From NCBI GenBank assembly GCA_963514005.1, contig OY740801.1, positions 19,406,001 through 19,470,000 of the forward strand: DNA of 64,000 nt, given 5' to 3'. Each line of letters begins with the position of its first letter. Positions within the stretch are counted from its first letter, which is position 1. Both the position numbers and the translations under genes were made by a program. Below the pieces are notes generated by a model that did no database searches, was not told where the DNA came from, and was given only the letters and a program-made list of their open reading frames with translations. The DNA is from Raja brachyura. Lineage: Eukaryota. Below are positions 22,575 to 33,935 of this stretch, piece after piece.

Positions 22575-23898
22575 TTAGTTTAGAGATACAGCACAGAAAC
22601 AGGGTCCCACTGAGTCTGTGTCGACCAGCGATCCCTGTGCACTATCCTACACACTAGGGACAATTTACAATTCTTACCAAAGCCAACTAACCTACAAACA
22701 TATACATTGTTGGAGTGTGGGAGGAAACTGGAGCTCCTGGAGAAAACCCTCACAGTCACTGGGAGAACATCTGAACTCTGTACAGACAGCTCCCGTAATC
22801 AGGATCGAACCCGGGTCTCTGGTGCTGTAATTAGCAATGTTACAACATTTTGAGATTTTAAAAATTAAGTCTGCAATTTATCCCATCAGATAAAGCATAA
22901 AAAGAAGTTTAATTTGACACCTAATTCACTTTCATATCTTCAGTATTAAAAAGGTTCTGGCCATTTTCATATTCAGAAATTAGGTAGTTGTTCCCCATTG
23001 CCTTTCCATTGACATAACACAAAAGCTGTGATCTAGGACAGTCAAAAGCCCATAACTTTCTTAAAAATTAAGAAAACTCAATGAAATTTTCAGTTATTAT
23101 AGATTGAAGCATTCTGAAACAAATATGAAACAATCTTACTTGGATGACCTGAAATTAAAGCATATAATTAGTTAGTTACCTAATTGTAGCTAATTACGAA
23201 ATTCAATTACTAGATCTAAACATCTATCCATTTCTTAAGAAAAGATAAACTTTTTTAAATTGCCTAAGCGTCCAAATAACATTCACACAATAATTCACAA
23301 TATAACATGATTTTTAAATCTCATTTTCATGAATTTATAGGCCATATGGAAGGAATTTAGAGTTTAATTCCTGTAAGTTAATCAACTAGCGAGTGGGTTT
23401 AAGTGGAATGCGGTGGATTAGAATGTTGCGGTTTGCGGTGAATTTAACCCACAGTCGGCAGGAAAAACACTGCCGGTTCATACATTTTTTTTGTCCCCAT
23501 TTCGCAACATGAAAATGTGATTAAAGCCTTCCTAAAAAACAAGTTTTAATGAAAAAATATATTGTGCACTTTATTTTCTCCCCTACGTAAAATCCTTCCC
23601 GTTGTCGGCGCTCACGGCTTTAGAAGATGATTTTTAAATTACTCTAGTTAATAAATAATCTAGCGTAATTTAAAAATACCTTCATGAATGAAATGTCAGA
23701 GCGATATTTCTTCAGCAACAAAATCGCCCGACATGGATCGATTTGCCCTGCCTGTGGAAAAACGGCACTTTAAACACGCCCCCCTCTGAAAGGCGCCAAA
23801 GTCACGCACACGGGGAGTGGCAGAACTTCAGCGCTGTTCAAGGTAAGTTTTGTAACATACCTACTGTAATGCAGCAACTCTACTACTGTGCAACCGTT
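22575..23898 (-). mobile_element. HE1-like SINE split by a DNA transposon
   Basis: SINE body at 22575-22831. The head resumes at 23864 (CTGTAATGCAGCAACTCTAC). Confidence 0.85.
22832..23863. mobile_element. Non-autonomous DNA transposon, 1032 bp, TAG..CTA termini, 7-bp TSD
   Basis: Imperfect TIRs: TAGCAATGTTACAACATTT on the left, reverse complement TAGGTATGTTACAAAACTT on the right. TSD CTGTAAT at 22825-22831 and 23864-23870. No transposase ORF. Confidence 0.85.
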
Positions 23899-24619
23899 TG
23901 ACACATGTTTGACACATGTCCCTTTAAACGTTTCCGATCCACATGACCGCATTCCCAGTATTGCCAGGGTATTAGACTACTTAGCCATGAGTGACCACTG
24001 TTGGTCACACCCAGAAAACTTGGTGGAAGCAGCACTATGCTGGACTGGCAGCCACCCCTTTATCCTACATGGTGCCAGTGGCCAGCCCATCAAACCATGC
24101 TGCGATGGCCTGTGATGGTTCACTCTGCTCATCCAATGCACCAATCCTCTACAGCATGAAACACCACTCATCTCACTACAACGCACCCCACCCCTCCTCT
24201 CTCATGCACATGCTCTGCTATCACCAACCTTCCCGATATCCTTCATTTTGAACTCACAAATAACAAGGACGGGGAAGAGATATTCAAAACTAAAATAGGA
24301 CATGTCAAAGGTTGTTGGAAAAAAAGAGATCAGATGAGAGGAAATAGTGAGAGTTGAGAAAGTGACCCTGATAACACACCCACTGGTAGGTAAGTGATAT
24401 CACGCTAATGGATTTTCTGGAGAGCACACGAAGGGGCAAGGAGAAACTTAATATTTAATATAACTACTTCATTCCACTCTTAATTAGTTTTTCTTGAAAT
24501 ACTTCTTCACCTGGGTACAATAATAGTGCAGAAATTCACAATGGAATATCCTAGTTGAATGATGAGCATAAATCTAGCTATTAATTTCAAAGTTATCCTG
24601 GGATGAATATGAAATGTTT

Positions 24620-24800
24620 TTTGAAGAGTGTATGCTTGCATGTGTCTGTATGTGCATCTTTGAATGTGCGCAAGTGTGCACATGTGTATGGGTGCACGTC
24701 TGTGTTTCTGTTTGTTTGTGTTGAATTTTGTGTAATAGAGTGTGTGTGTTTGAGTATGTGTTATGTGTATGAAATTGTGTGTATCCATGAGTTTGAGCAT
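24620..24800. repeat. Degenerate (TG)n low-complexity tract
   Basis: TG-rich run; a similar tract lies at ~25180-25310. Confidence 0.8.
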
Positions 24801-25097
24801 TTAGTTTAATTTAGTGATACAGCACGGAAACAAGCCCTTCTGCCCACTATGTCTATGCCGATGATCAATCATCCATGCATTAGTTCCATGTTATCCCAGT
24901 TTGCATCCTACATTCCAAGGGCAATTAACCTCCAAACATGCATATTTTTGGAGTGTGGGATGAAACGGGAGCACCCGGAGAAAGCACACCCTTGGCACAG
25001 GGAGAATGTACAAACTCCACACAGACAGCACCAGTAGTCAGAATCGAACCGAGGTCTTTGGGGCTATGAGGCAGTAGCTCTAGTACTGTGCTGCCAT
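24800..25097 (-). mobile_element. HE1-like SINE
   Basis: TTAGTTTAATTTAG tail, GGAGAATGTACAAACTCC, CAGAATCGAACC. Confidence 0.85.
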
Positions 25098-25659
25098 CAA
25101 CTTGTTATAGTACCTGCCTGAATTACTTATTTTGGCAACTTGTTCCATAAACCCACCATGCTCTGTGTGAAAAGGTTGCCCCTCTGTGTATCTGAGTGTA
25201 CGTGATTTTGTGTTTGTTTCTGTATGTGTGTGTGGTTGTCTGCGTGTTGTCACGTACATGAGTATACACGTGTGTGTGTGTATGTGTGTGCGTGCTTACA
25301 CGTGCGCATTAGGGAATTGAGAATGGACCTGTGATTTAGTAGAGATGTTTTGTCATTCCTCAACAATGTTTTACGACGCGGAAAATGCTGGAAATTCTTA
25401 TCCAAGCACGTGGTGGTGGTGGGGGGGCAATTAGGTGAAAGGAAGTGGACGTTAGGAGAAGTTGGGTGATTGAGGGGGGGAATGATGCAAATTGAAGGAA
25501 GGGTGGTGAGAGTCTCAAGGAACAGTAACTGCAGAATAATTACCTCTGATTACCAAATGTGTTCTGAATATCTAACCTTGCAAATGTCTTGTCAGTGGGT
25601 TTATGTATTGAAGGATATTGAGCTGCTATTCCTGGACCACAGTTCGTCCAGGTCACACA

Positions 25660-26200
25660 ATATCTACAATGTCACTGCAACAAAACACATGTTTTAACCT
25701 GAAAATAATAGTCCACGAATCTGCACAGGAGTCTTACCGGGTTAAAATTGGCACCGAGCCACATAATTAATCAGAGAGAGCTTAATCAAAGAGGCAACAT
25801 TTAAGGAATAATTTAAATGAATTAGAAGAAGGGGAAAGTCTGAGGTTTTAAACAGGGAGTTTCGGAGCCCAGAGCCTCCAGCAGCAGAAGCAAAGTCCAC
25901 GGGAGGTGAGTGGCTAAGGGGATGACCGACCAGGAGGTTGCAACTGGTGAAAGGTACGGGAAGAGTAAAACATGGGGACAGTCACAGAGTGAGGGCAAAC
26001 TGAGACTTTGTGTGAATTGAAAGGCAAGGGTGAAATTAAGACATTAATTAATCAATGAGCATGGGGGTGACCGATAAACAGGCCTCTATTTAACTTCACA
26101 GAGAGCAGGATGAGGGAACTACCAGGAGGGCATTGGAATGGTAGCTCGAGGTAAGGATGAGGATCTTGGCAGCAGACATACCGTGGGTGGATGGAGGATT
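25660..26200 (-). mobile_element. Old L2 3' region
   Basis: AAATTGGCACCGAGCCACATAA..TCAAAGAGG..AGGGAGTTTCGGAGC, similar to 8035-8200. Confidence 0.55.
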
Positions 26201-26236
26201 GTAATCTTATACAGATTGAAGCACCTTCAAACCAAA

Positions 26237-26503
26237 TTGATGCCTCACAGCACCAGAGACACAGGTTCGATCCTGAGCTGTCAGTGTGGAGTTTGCATGT
26301 TCTCCCTGTGACTGTTTGGCTTCCTCCCATGTACCAAAGATGCGCTGGTTTATAGGGTAACTGGCTTCTGTAAAATTGGCCCTAACGCGTGGAGAGTCGA
26401 TGTGCAAGAGGGATAGTATAGAACTTATGTGAAGGGATGGCCGAAGTGGACTCTGATGACTGAATGGCCTATTTCCCTACTGTATCTTTAAACTAAACTA
26501 AAA
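26237..26503 (+). mobile_element. HE1-like SINE
   Basis: B-box GGTTCGATCC, GGAGTTTGCATGTTCTCCC and (AAACT)n tail. Confidence 0.85.
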
Positions 26504-26504
26504 C

Positions 26505-26889
26505 TTATAGAAACTTACAAAATTCTTAAGGGGTTGGACAGGCTAGATGCAGGAAGATTGTTCCCGATATTGGGGAGGTCCAGAACAAGGGGTCACAGTC
26601 TAAGGATAAGGGGGAATTCCTTTAGGACCGAGATGAGGAAAACATTTTTCACACAGAGAGTGGTGAGTCTCTGGAATTATCTGCCACAGAAGGTAGTTGA
26701 GGCCAGTTCATTGGCTATATTTAAAGGGGGAGTTAGATGTGGCCCTTGTGGCTAAAGGGATCAGGGGGTATGGAGAGATGGCAGGTACAGGATACTGAGT
26801 TGGATGATCAGCCATGATCATATTAAATGACGGTGCAGGCTCGAAGGGCCGAATGGCCTACTCCTGCACCTATTTTCTATGTTTCTATG
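26505..26889 (+). mobile_element. Young CR1/HER1-type 3' end
   Basis: GLDRLDAGRLFPILGRSRTRGHSLRIRG..FFTQRVVSLWN, with tail TTTCTATGTTTCTATG. Confidence 0.92.
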
Positions 26890-26904
26890 TAAACTGGTTT
26901 TGGT

Positions 26905-27290
26905 CAACATAGAAAATCATAGAAAGTTACGGTTTGGAGGGGGCTCGTTCAGCCTATGGAATTCCTAACTCTCGTCCTAAATGCCTGCATGTTGCAAAGC
27001 TCCAGGTACTTTCTATATGTGATGGGATTTTCTGCCTCCACTTCTAATGCAGTGAGTTGCAATCCCCCCCCCCCCCCCCCCCCAATTGTTGTAACCCTCG
27101 GTTCTGTCTCCATAGACCTCCGATGTGCCCACTCTGACACCATCACAGTCTCCTAGTTCTCTTGCGGCCAGACCACACACAGTGGTCAGCTGTTGTCTTA
27201 CGGGTTTTTTCTGCTCCTGTATAAGCTCCCTGTTCATATATTCCATGCCTAGCTGATAAAGGAAAGTATCCTGCAGCTTTTTTAACAATC
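26905..27290 (-). mobile_element. Diverged CR1 3' end containing a C20 tract
   Basis: CATAGAAAATCATAGAAAG tail at the left end; poly-C at 27064-27083. Confidence 0.55.
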
Positions 27291-27299
27291 ATTTTCCTG

Positions 27300-27800
27300 G
27301 TTGCCACCATTTATTGCCCATCCTAACTACCCTCTGGAAGATTGGAGTGACCTAACTTCGTGAAGACCTAACTGTTGTGAAAGCCTCCCATTTGCGCTAT
27401 TGAGGAGGAAGTTCCAGGATTTAGACCCAGTGATGATGGAGGACAAGTAATGTATGTCCAGATCGGGATGACATATAATGTGGCAGAGAACCTGCATGTG
27501 GTGTCTCCCCCATGCACATGTCGTCCCTTCACTTCCTTGACCCTACTAGGTTTGGGAGGTGCTGTAGGAGTAGCCTGGGTGAGTAACTGCAGTGTGTTTT
27601 TGCAGATGATACACAATGCAGGCACTGTGCACCCAGTGCCGGAAGGTCAATGGGGTCTCAATCGTACAGGTTGTTTCTTTCTTGGAGAGTTGCTGGAACT
27701 GCGCTCATCCAGGCAAGTGGAGAGTATTTCTTCAACCTCCTGCCTTGTGCCGTGCAGATGGCAGCACATCTTGTGCGTGTCAGGAGGTGATTCATCCACC
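27300..27800 (-). mobile_element. Second CR1-clade LINE family, 3' end, old
   Basis: CATTTATTGCCCATCC..GAAGTTCCAGGATTTAGACCCAG..CTGCAGTG..CTCATCCAGGCAAGTGGAGAGTATT resembles a common chondrichthyan LINE 3' end (recalled). Confidence 0.6.
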
Positions 27801-28053
27801 TCCTACCCGCCTTCTCTACCTGGCTCCCTTCCGTCACTTCATCTGTAGATGTGCTCTCTGAGGTTGCTGTCTTCCTCCATGCCCACTCTTCCTGTGCGAT
27901 ACAGAGGATATTGGCTGGATAGCTCAGTGCACTGTCAACATGATGCTTATGTTGTTAAAGAAGGAACTGCAGATGCTGGAGAATCGAGGGTTACACAAAA
28001 AGCTGGAGAAACTCAGCGGGTGCAGCAGCATCTAAGGAGTGAAGGAGATAGGC

Positions 28054-28081
28054 GACGTTTCGGGTCGAGACCCTTCTTCAG
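28054..28081 (-). ncRNA. Minimal type-I hammerhead ribozyme motif
   Basis: CUGAAGA-A-GGGUC(UC)GACCC-GAAAC-GUC. The flanks GGGU/GCCU could form a short helix I. Activity not shown. Confidence 0.7.
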
Positions 28082-28084
28082 ACC

Positions 28085-28112
28085 CTGAAGAAGGGTCTCG
28101 ACCCGAAACGTC
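28085..28112 (+). ncRNA. Minimal type-I hammerhead ribozyme motif
   Basis: CTGAAGA-A-GGGTC TC GACCC-GAAAC-GTC. The upstream flank gives poor helix I pairing. Confidence 0.6.
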
Positions 28113-28689
28113 GCCTATCTCCTTCACTCCTTAGATGCTGCTGCACCCGCTGAGTTTCTGATGCTTATGTTGTTCAGCCTGAGACCGAGGGGGATGTGGA
28201 GGGAGCTGAAAGACATTTGCCTTGACATAGCCTTGCACTAATGGAGGTAATTACTGCTCATCGGCACTGGCTGTTGGACATTAGGAGTAACCAAGTGATT
28301 CATTTTAAATCTGCTGATGTTGAGAATAATTTGCTTAGAAATGTTATTTGTGCTGTGTTCTGAATAACTTGCTAATTGTTATGGAGCTAGAAGATTAAAA
28401 CCCATCAATCTCTAAATCTGCATTTGGATGTCACTGTATTGATGGTGTGATATGATGCACTGAGTTGAAATCTAAATCTCTTTGGGGAAAAAAAGTCAAT
28501 TAAAAAAGAAACTCAGTTGGGGGAATTTTGGAAGTGCTTCTCTTGCACAGAATTGAATTCTGTCAATGTTTTCTTGCTGTTGGCTCAGTGGCTTGCTTCA
28601 GAGTCATTAGGAACATAAGGAAGTTAACACCCTTCCTTTGCTGGCAGTCTAGGTTCTTCAGGCAATGATGTTAGTGATAACAAGGTGAG

Positions 28690-28960
28690 CTGATGAGTGA
28701 CCAGGCAGGTCAATCCTGTCTTGGGCATTCGGTCAGAGTTGAGGAGAAATTCCTTCTCCCAGAGGATAGTAAATGCTTGGCATTGTCAACGCAAGAGGCC
28801 GTGGAGGATATCTAAGACTTCTGGATATTAGAAGAAACATGGGATAGGGGTTCACTGCAGGACAACAATGTTGAAGTAGAAAATGAGCCATGATCTTACT
28901 GGATAGCAGAGCAACAACAAGGGGCCAAATGGTTCATGCTTCCCTTATTTCCTGTGTCCC
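28690..28960 (+). mobile_element. Old CR1 3' end
   Basis: TTGAGGAGAAATTCCTTCTCCCAGAGG..GAGCCATGATCTTACTGGAT..GGGGCCAAATGG. Confidence 0.65.
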
Positions 28961-29255
28961 TCAGTGGAAAGAATAGATGCAAAGGATTGAATGGTCTTCT
29001 CTGTGGTACTTGGACTTGACTGTACATCAACATGGAAATTACAGATTATAATAAAAACATGTTTTGATTAGAACAAGAAAATGATTAGAACAATCAAACT
29101 GCTTAAACAGATACAAAGTTTTCCTCACGATGTTCTCAGTGGCACTGAATGACTCTGAAGCATTTTCCCCTCTGACTATAGTCTTGACATCAGGATTGGT
29201 GATAATAATTAATTATTCCGCTAAGAAAGACACTGCATATTTGGGAGTTTCTGTG

Positions 29256-29260
<5 letters not shown>

Positions 29261-29295
<35 letters not shown>
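29261..29295. repeat. (GA)n microsatellite
   Basis: Uninterrupted GA run. Confidence 0.95.
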
Positions 29296-29302
<7 letters not shown>

Positions 29303-29933
29303 AACAGAGAAATGGAAAGACCTCTGCTATTTTGGGTCTAGTGCATAGATTAATGGTGGAATCTGTGGAAGTTGAAGAAAAGTGGAGAAAATAAAATGGC
29401 AGTAGTGTAGGATTAGTATAAACTGGTGTTTGATAGCATGTACTAAGTAGGCTGAAGGGTCTGTTTCTTTGTTGCATGGCTGTATAATTGTGTTCAGGAT
29501 TCTTACCCTAAACCCATGTATTGGACCACTAAGCAAAGCCATGCACAACAAGAGGGTGCTGGCATTACAGCTCTCTCTCTCTCTCTCTAATATTTAGAGA
29601 GTGAACAAAATTCTAGATTGAGATTGAATTATTTAACGTGGGGAGAGAATTTCAGAGAATTTCAGAGACTGATTGAGAAAATTGCTTAATTGGCCCTCTT
29701 AAGTTGAATAGATTTATGATTGTAATTATCTTTCATAAATCACCCCTGTTTTAACTGGGATAACAGTTGCTAAATTGCTAGTGAAAATGAATTCATCTCT
29801 GGTAATCTTTGCTTGGGAAGACTGCACTATTATTTTAACCTCCTTTATTATTCTTGGAGAACCATTGTATTAACAACTATGCACGCAGTTGTAATTTGGA
29901 CTAAGGGCGGCGTTTTGTACAAGAACGTATTAA

Positions 29934-30206
29934 AGGGCCTGTTCCACTTGGGCGTCATTTGTGCGTCACGGAGATGGCGCGCAAAGATTTTGTACATCCC
30001 AGAATCCCGGGGCGGCAGCGAGAACGCGCGTCATCGCCTACGTCACCACACACCATGCGCTCGTAATGCGCACCATGCCCGCATAATGCGCTCCATGCCC
30101 GCATAATGCGCACCATGCCCGCATAATGCGCACATCACGTGCGCGTCACGATGTGCGCGTCGTGTGTCGTGACGCGTAAATGATGGCGCGTAAATGACGC
30201 CCAAGT
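29934..30206. mobile_element. CpG-rich MITE (right TIR truncated) with an internal 20-bp tandem repeat
   Basis: TAA|AGGGCCTGTTCCACTTGGGCGTCATTT on the left, AAATGACGCCCAAGT on the right. Unit TAATGCGCACCATGCCCGCA repeats at 30051-30133. Confidence 0.75.
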
Positions 30207-30544
30207 AAAGATGCAGCATTTCACCGTGGAGACGGTCTGTAGGACTGATGGCTGTGGTCCGAATATTCTAAACCTGATATTGTAAACATGACAGGTTTTT
30301 TAAACAATGACTCAGTGCTCAGGGGCACAGTCGAATGTTTCAGCAGTCGTGTGCACATGTGAGCCAGTTTCACCCACCAGTGTGGAGCAATTAGTTTACA
30401 TTACTTTCTCTTCACCTGCTCACCCTGTTAACGTGCCAGGAGTCATTTTCCTGCTGCCTTCTACCATAATAAATACTGAAGTCATGATAGGCAGTATAGA
30501 CGTACACACCCAGACCTTGCAATACACTGCATTAGGAGCACCAT

Positions 30545-30770
30545 AAGAGCATAAGAACGTGACAAGGAATAAGGGTAGCAGTATGCCTTGTGACCCTTTG
30601 AGCCTGCTCCACTAGTCATCATGTTCATGGCTGATCTACCTCTGTGTGGTTTTCCTTCCCTGTCAACATTCAGAAATCCATTAATTACCACTCTGAAGGA
30701 ACTCAGTGACTGAGCCTTCAAGGGCCTTTGGAACAGATGATTGCAGAGTTTCGCCACCCACAACCCATTG
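30545..30770 (-). mobile_element. Diverged CR1 3' end
   Basis: CATAAGAGCATAAGAAC tail, CCCTTTGAGCCTGCTCC..TCATGGCTGATCT. Confidence 0.7.
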
Positions 30771-30974
30771 AGGTTTTTCACAGTGTGCCACACCATAATG
30801 GGTGTGCCATATAATCACGGTGCACTGCATCAAAGGCCATTTCAGTTACCAATTGCTGCCACAAACCTCAGCAGCATACTGTAGGTAGCATTGCATTTTT
30901 TCCAATACCACATTGCTGAGACTTATGTAGCCATTCATTGCAGGAGGCGAACATATTGTGCCAGCATCTCGAGG

Positions 30975-31240
30975 GAGAGTCGGGTAGAATCGGAGTCAGA
31001 CAACCCAGACTCGGGTCCTTTGGCCAAACAAGTCCACGCCAAGCACTTGTTCACATCAATTTTACACCAATCCCATTTTATCTGTCCCACAATCTCATCA
31101 ACCCCCAACACCCAATAGCATCCCTTGTCTACACACTAGGGGCAGCTTATAGCGGCCATTTAACCTAACAAAGGTCACACCGTTAGGAGAAGGGACACAA
31201 ACAGAGTACCTGGGAAAACCTATCTGCCACAAGGAGAACA
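30975..31240 (-). mobile_element. Diverged HE1-like SINE
   Basis: CTACACACTAGGGGCA..GGAGAACACGCAA. Confidence 0.55.
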
Positions 31241-31415
31241 CGCAACCCTGTGCTCTTAATATAGTTACAGAAACTTTTGCGATTCTTCTTTGCTCCCCAT
31301 ACATGATATGAGAACTCCTTATAGAAAAGGCAATCTCATATGTTGTGATTCTGACGCTGAGATCAGATGCAAATGTGGCTCCGGCTGGGAGGAGCGCAGC
31401 TGAGTTCATAGAGTA

Positions 31416-31694
31416 ATGCCCCTGTCCCACTTGGAAAACCTCTGGAGACTTTGCGCCCCACTCAAGGTTTCCGTGTGGTTCCCGGAGGTTCCCAGAGGTT
31501 TTTGTCAGTCTCCCTAATGGTCGAAAGTGGTGTCCGTTTTAAAAATCGGTAATTTTTTAGTCTAAGCCAGTTGCGATGCCAGTTGAAGGTGGTTGCCGGA
31601 GGACAAAAACCTCCAGGAACCGCACGGAAACCTTGGGTGGGGTGCAAAGTCTCCAGAGGTTTCCGTTCAGGTTTCCTAAGTGGGACAGGGGCAT
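31416..31694. mobile_element. MITE with long TIRs
   Basis: TA|ATGCCCCTGTCCCACTT...AAGTGGGACAGGGGCAT|TA. The arms are complementary for ~75-85 bp, with a 12-bp deletion in the left arm. Confidence 0.9.
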
Positions 31695-33609
31695 TATGAG
31701 GAATGACCTGGGAACGGTCATCATCGCTTTTCACTCCATCCAAAATGCATCCTCAATCAGTGCACCTGAGGTAAGCAGCATTTCATGATCACATTCCTCG
31801 GCTTTCACCATCAGTCCTGCTTGCTGGGAATCTGCGCTGAGATATGGGGCTGTTCCCCAGCCTCCCGCAGGACGTAGGTATTGGTGCCAGCAGCTAAAGA
31901 GTCTCACTGAGACAAAGACTCCAGCACCTCAGACATGAGTGGGTTTGTCCATTTTGTTTGGACAAGATGGGGAGACAGGGCCAGGGTCTGTGGTGAGGAA
32001 GGCTAACAGTTTATCTGGACAGTAAGTGATGCAGCACAAAGAACTTTGCACGGTTAAGACTGTATACATTTCCGTCTGTAGATAATCTGATCTGAGAGTA
32101 TGAGGAGGAACACCTCAACTTGAAACGCTGTGTTCGGACGTGTTCCTGGCATGTAAATCTGATTGAACAAATCTCCTCTGTGTTCCTTTGTATTGCCTGG
32201 CCAATGCACATGTTTCTGGGCAGCCATCCCATTGATACCACAGGATCTTGTGAAGAGCTTTCTGATACTGGAGTAAATATAAAAGATGCAAGATAAATGT
32301 GAGTGTATTACACAGAAGTGAAAATCCCAGCGATCGTATTGAGGTTTAAAGTCTCTGAATTTTGGTTATTGAGTGCTGGCTGCAGCATTGAGATAAGCTG
32401 TCCTACATTGATCGCTAAGTATTGATCTAGGGAATAGGTAATAGGCTCATTCGCATGCCAGCTGGCTCGTACATTATCTTTGGTGTTCACTGAAAGGTAA
32501 ATGAATTCTGAAATAAGTACTATTCCTGTAACTGCAAGTTAGATTCTGAGGTAGTTTGAACTATCCTCAGCTCACCTCACATACATAGACCTACAGCAAT
32601 GGAGAGAATATAACCTCTTTTCTTTGTCCTGATCTTTGGAGATGTGGGATTGCTTGCAAGTTATCTAGCAAAGCGCTTCTATGACACTAAAGATGAAATG
32701 AATTACTTTCAACTGGGATCATTCAGGGAAACCCGCCTTCCTTATACTCCCTTCTGCTTTATGTTCTGTCATAGAGCAGCCCTACCTATTTATATTCAGC
32801 CAAGATTATAAATTACAATGACTTCCTCTGCTATCCTCAGAAAAATCCTAGGTTGCATTCTCGTTTTGTCCAGTGCTGCACGTCTCACATTGCAAGAACA
32901 TGCAGACAGCAATACATTTTTGACTGTTTCAGAAGAGTATGCAAGGGATGAATGTTGTCCCAAGGCAGCCAAGACTTGGGATTTGACCTGTTATTTTTCC
33001 AACACGCAAGGTAATCTCTAGTTCAGTGCAAAACAGGAGATAACAATTCAAGTGCCCATTTTATACTTCCTCTGATTCCCAATATCATCATAAGTGATTA
33101 ATCAATTTGCTATTTATTGACTACCCATTTCTTGTTCTAAAATTACCAAATACTTCTCCACATTAAATCTCATCCAACATCTACCTAACCATGAATCCAT
33201 ATCACCCTGAGATCATCAGCAGTTCTCTAAATATTTCACCATGTTCTCTAATTTGTGTGCTCTGAATATATTTCTCTTTGTATCTGACTCTAGTTCATCC
33301 AGAAAGGATTGGCAGCCCCAACACTGGTCCTGGGTGTCAGCAATGATTCTATACCCGTGTGGTCTGAAAAACAACCTCTCCTCTTCCTTGGCACCAGTTA
33401 CAGTACTTTAAGGAGCCATTGGATTCAATCTGAAACATTCTGTATTGTTTGGGATCAGTGAGTATCACTGGGCTGAGCAGCAAGTAGCCAGCTCCTGATG
33501 TAGGAAACCTTAGCCCCTGCCCCAGCTACTTCCTTCAGGCTTTCTGCTCTACTGTGACGTGATTGCCCCCTCACCAGCCCAGCTGTCAGCCAGTCAGCAA
33601 ACAGTGCTC

Positions 33610-33935
33610 ACTCACTACTGGTGCCCTTCCTCACAGTAACAGCGACACATGTTCAATCCTGATCTTGGCTGCTGTCTGCTCACAGTTTGTACTTTCTCTG
33701 TATGGCTGCTTGAGTTTCCACCTGGTGTTCTGGGTTCCTCTTACATCCCAAAGATGTTCAGGTTGGTCGGTCACTTGGCCATTGTAAATTGCCTCCAGTG
33801 CAAGTGGATAGTGGAATCTAGGGGGGGGGGGGGGGGGGGGGAAAGATGGGAGTTTGGGGAGAATAAGTGACCAAGTAAATGAATGGGATTGCACTATGAG
33901 ATTCGATGGGCCAAATGGCCACTTCTATGCCATAG
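33610..33935 (+). mobile_element. Diverged HE1-like SINE with an internal G21 tract
   Basis: GTTCAATCCTGA..CATCCCAAAGATG..TGTAAATTGCC..GATGGGCCAAATGGCC; poly-G at 33821-33841. Confidence 0.7.

Larger units (their letters stand above)
27957..28158 (-). mobile_element. Penelope-derived perfect fold-back micro-insertion with 16-bp TSD
   Basis: TSD TGATGCTTATGTTGTT at 27941-27956 and 28159-28174. Perfect 75-bp inverted arms at 28007-28081 and 28085-28159 with a 3-nt spacer. Confidence 0.95.

Noticed and set aside
23950-24200. Possible Harbinger nuclease remnant (YLAMSD.., MVPVA..DGS)
   Set aside because: The similarity is too weak to support without an alignment.
32546-32570. Hairpin starting TGAGGTAGT (let-7-like 5' end)
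   Set aside because: Only 25 nt, and the rest of mature let-7 is absent; too short for a pre-miRNA.
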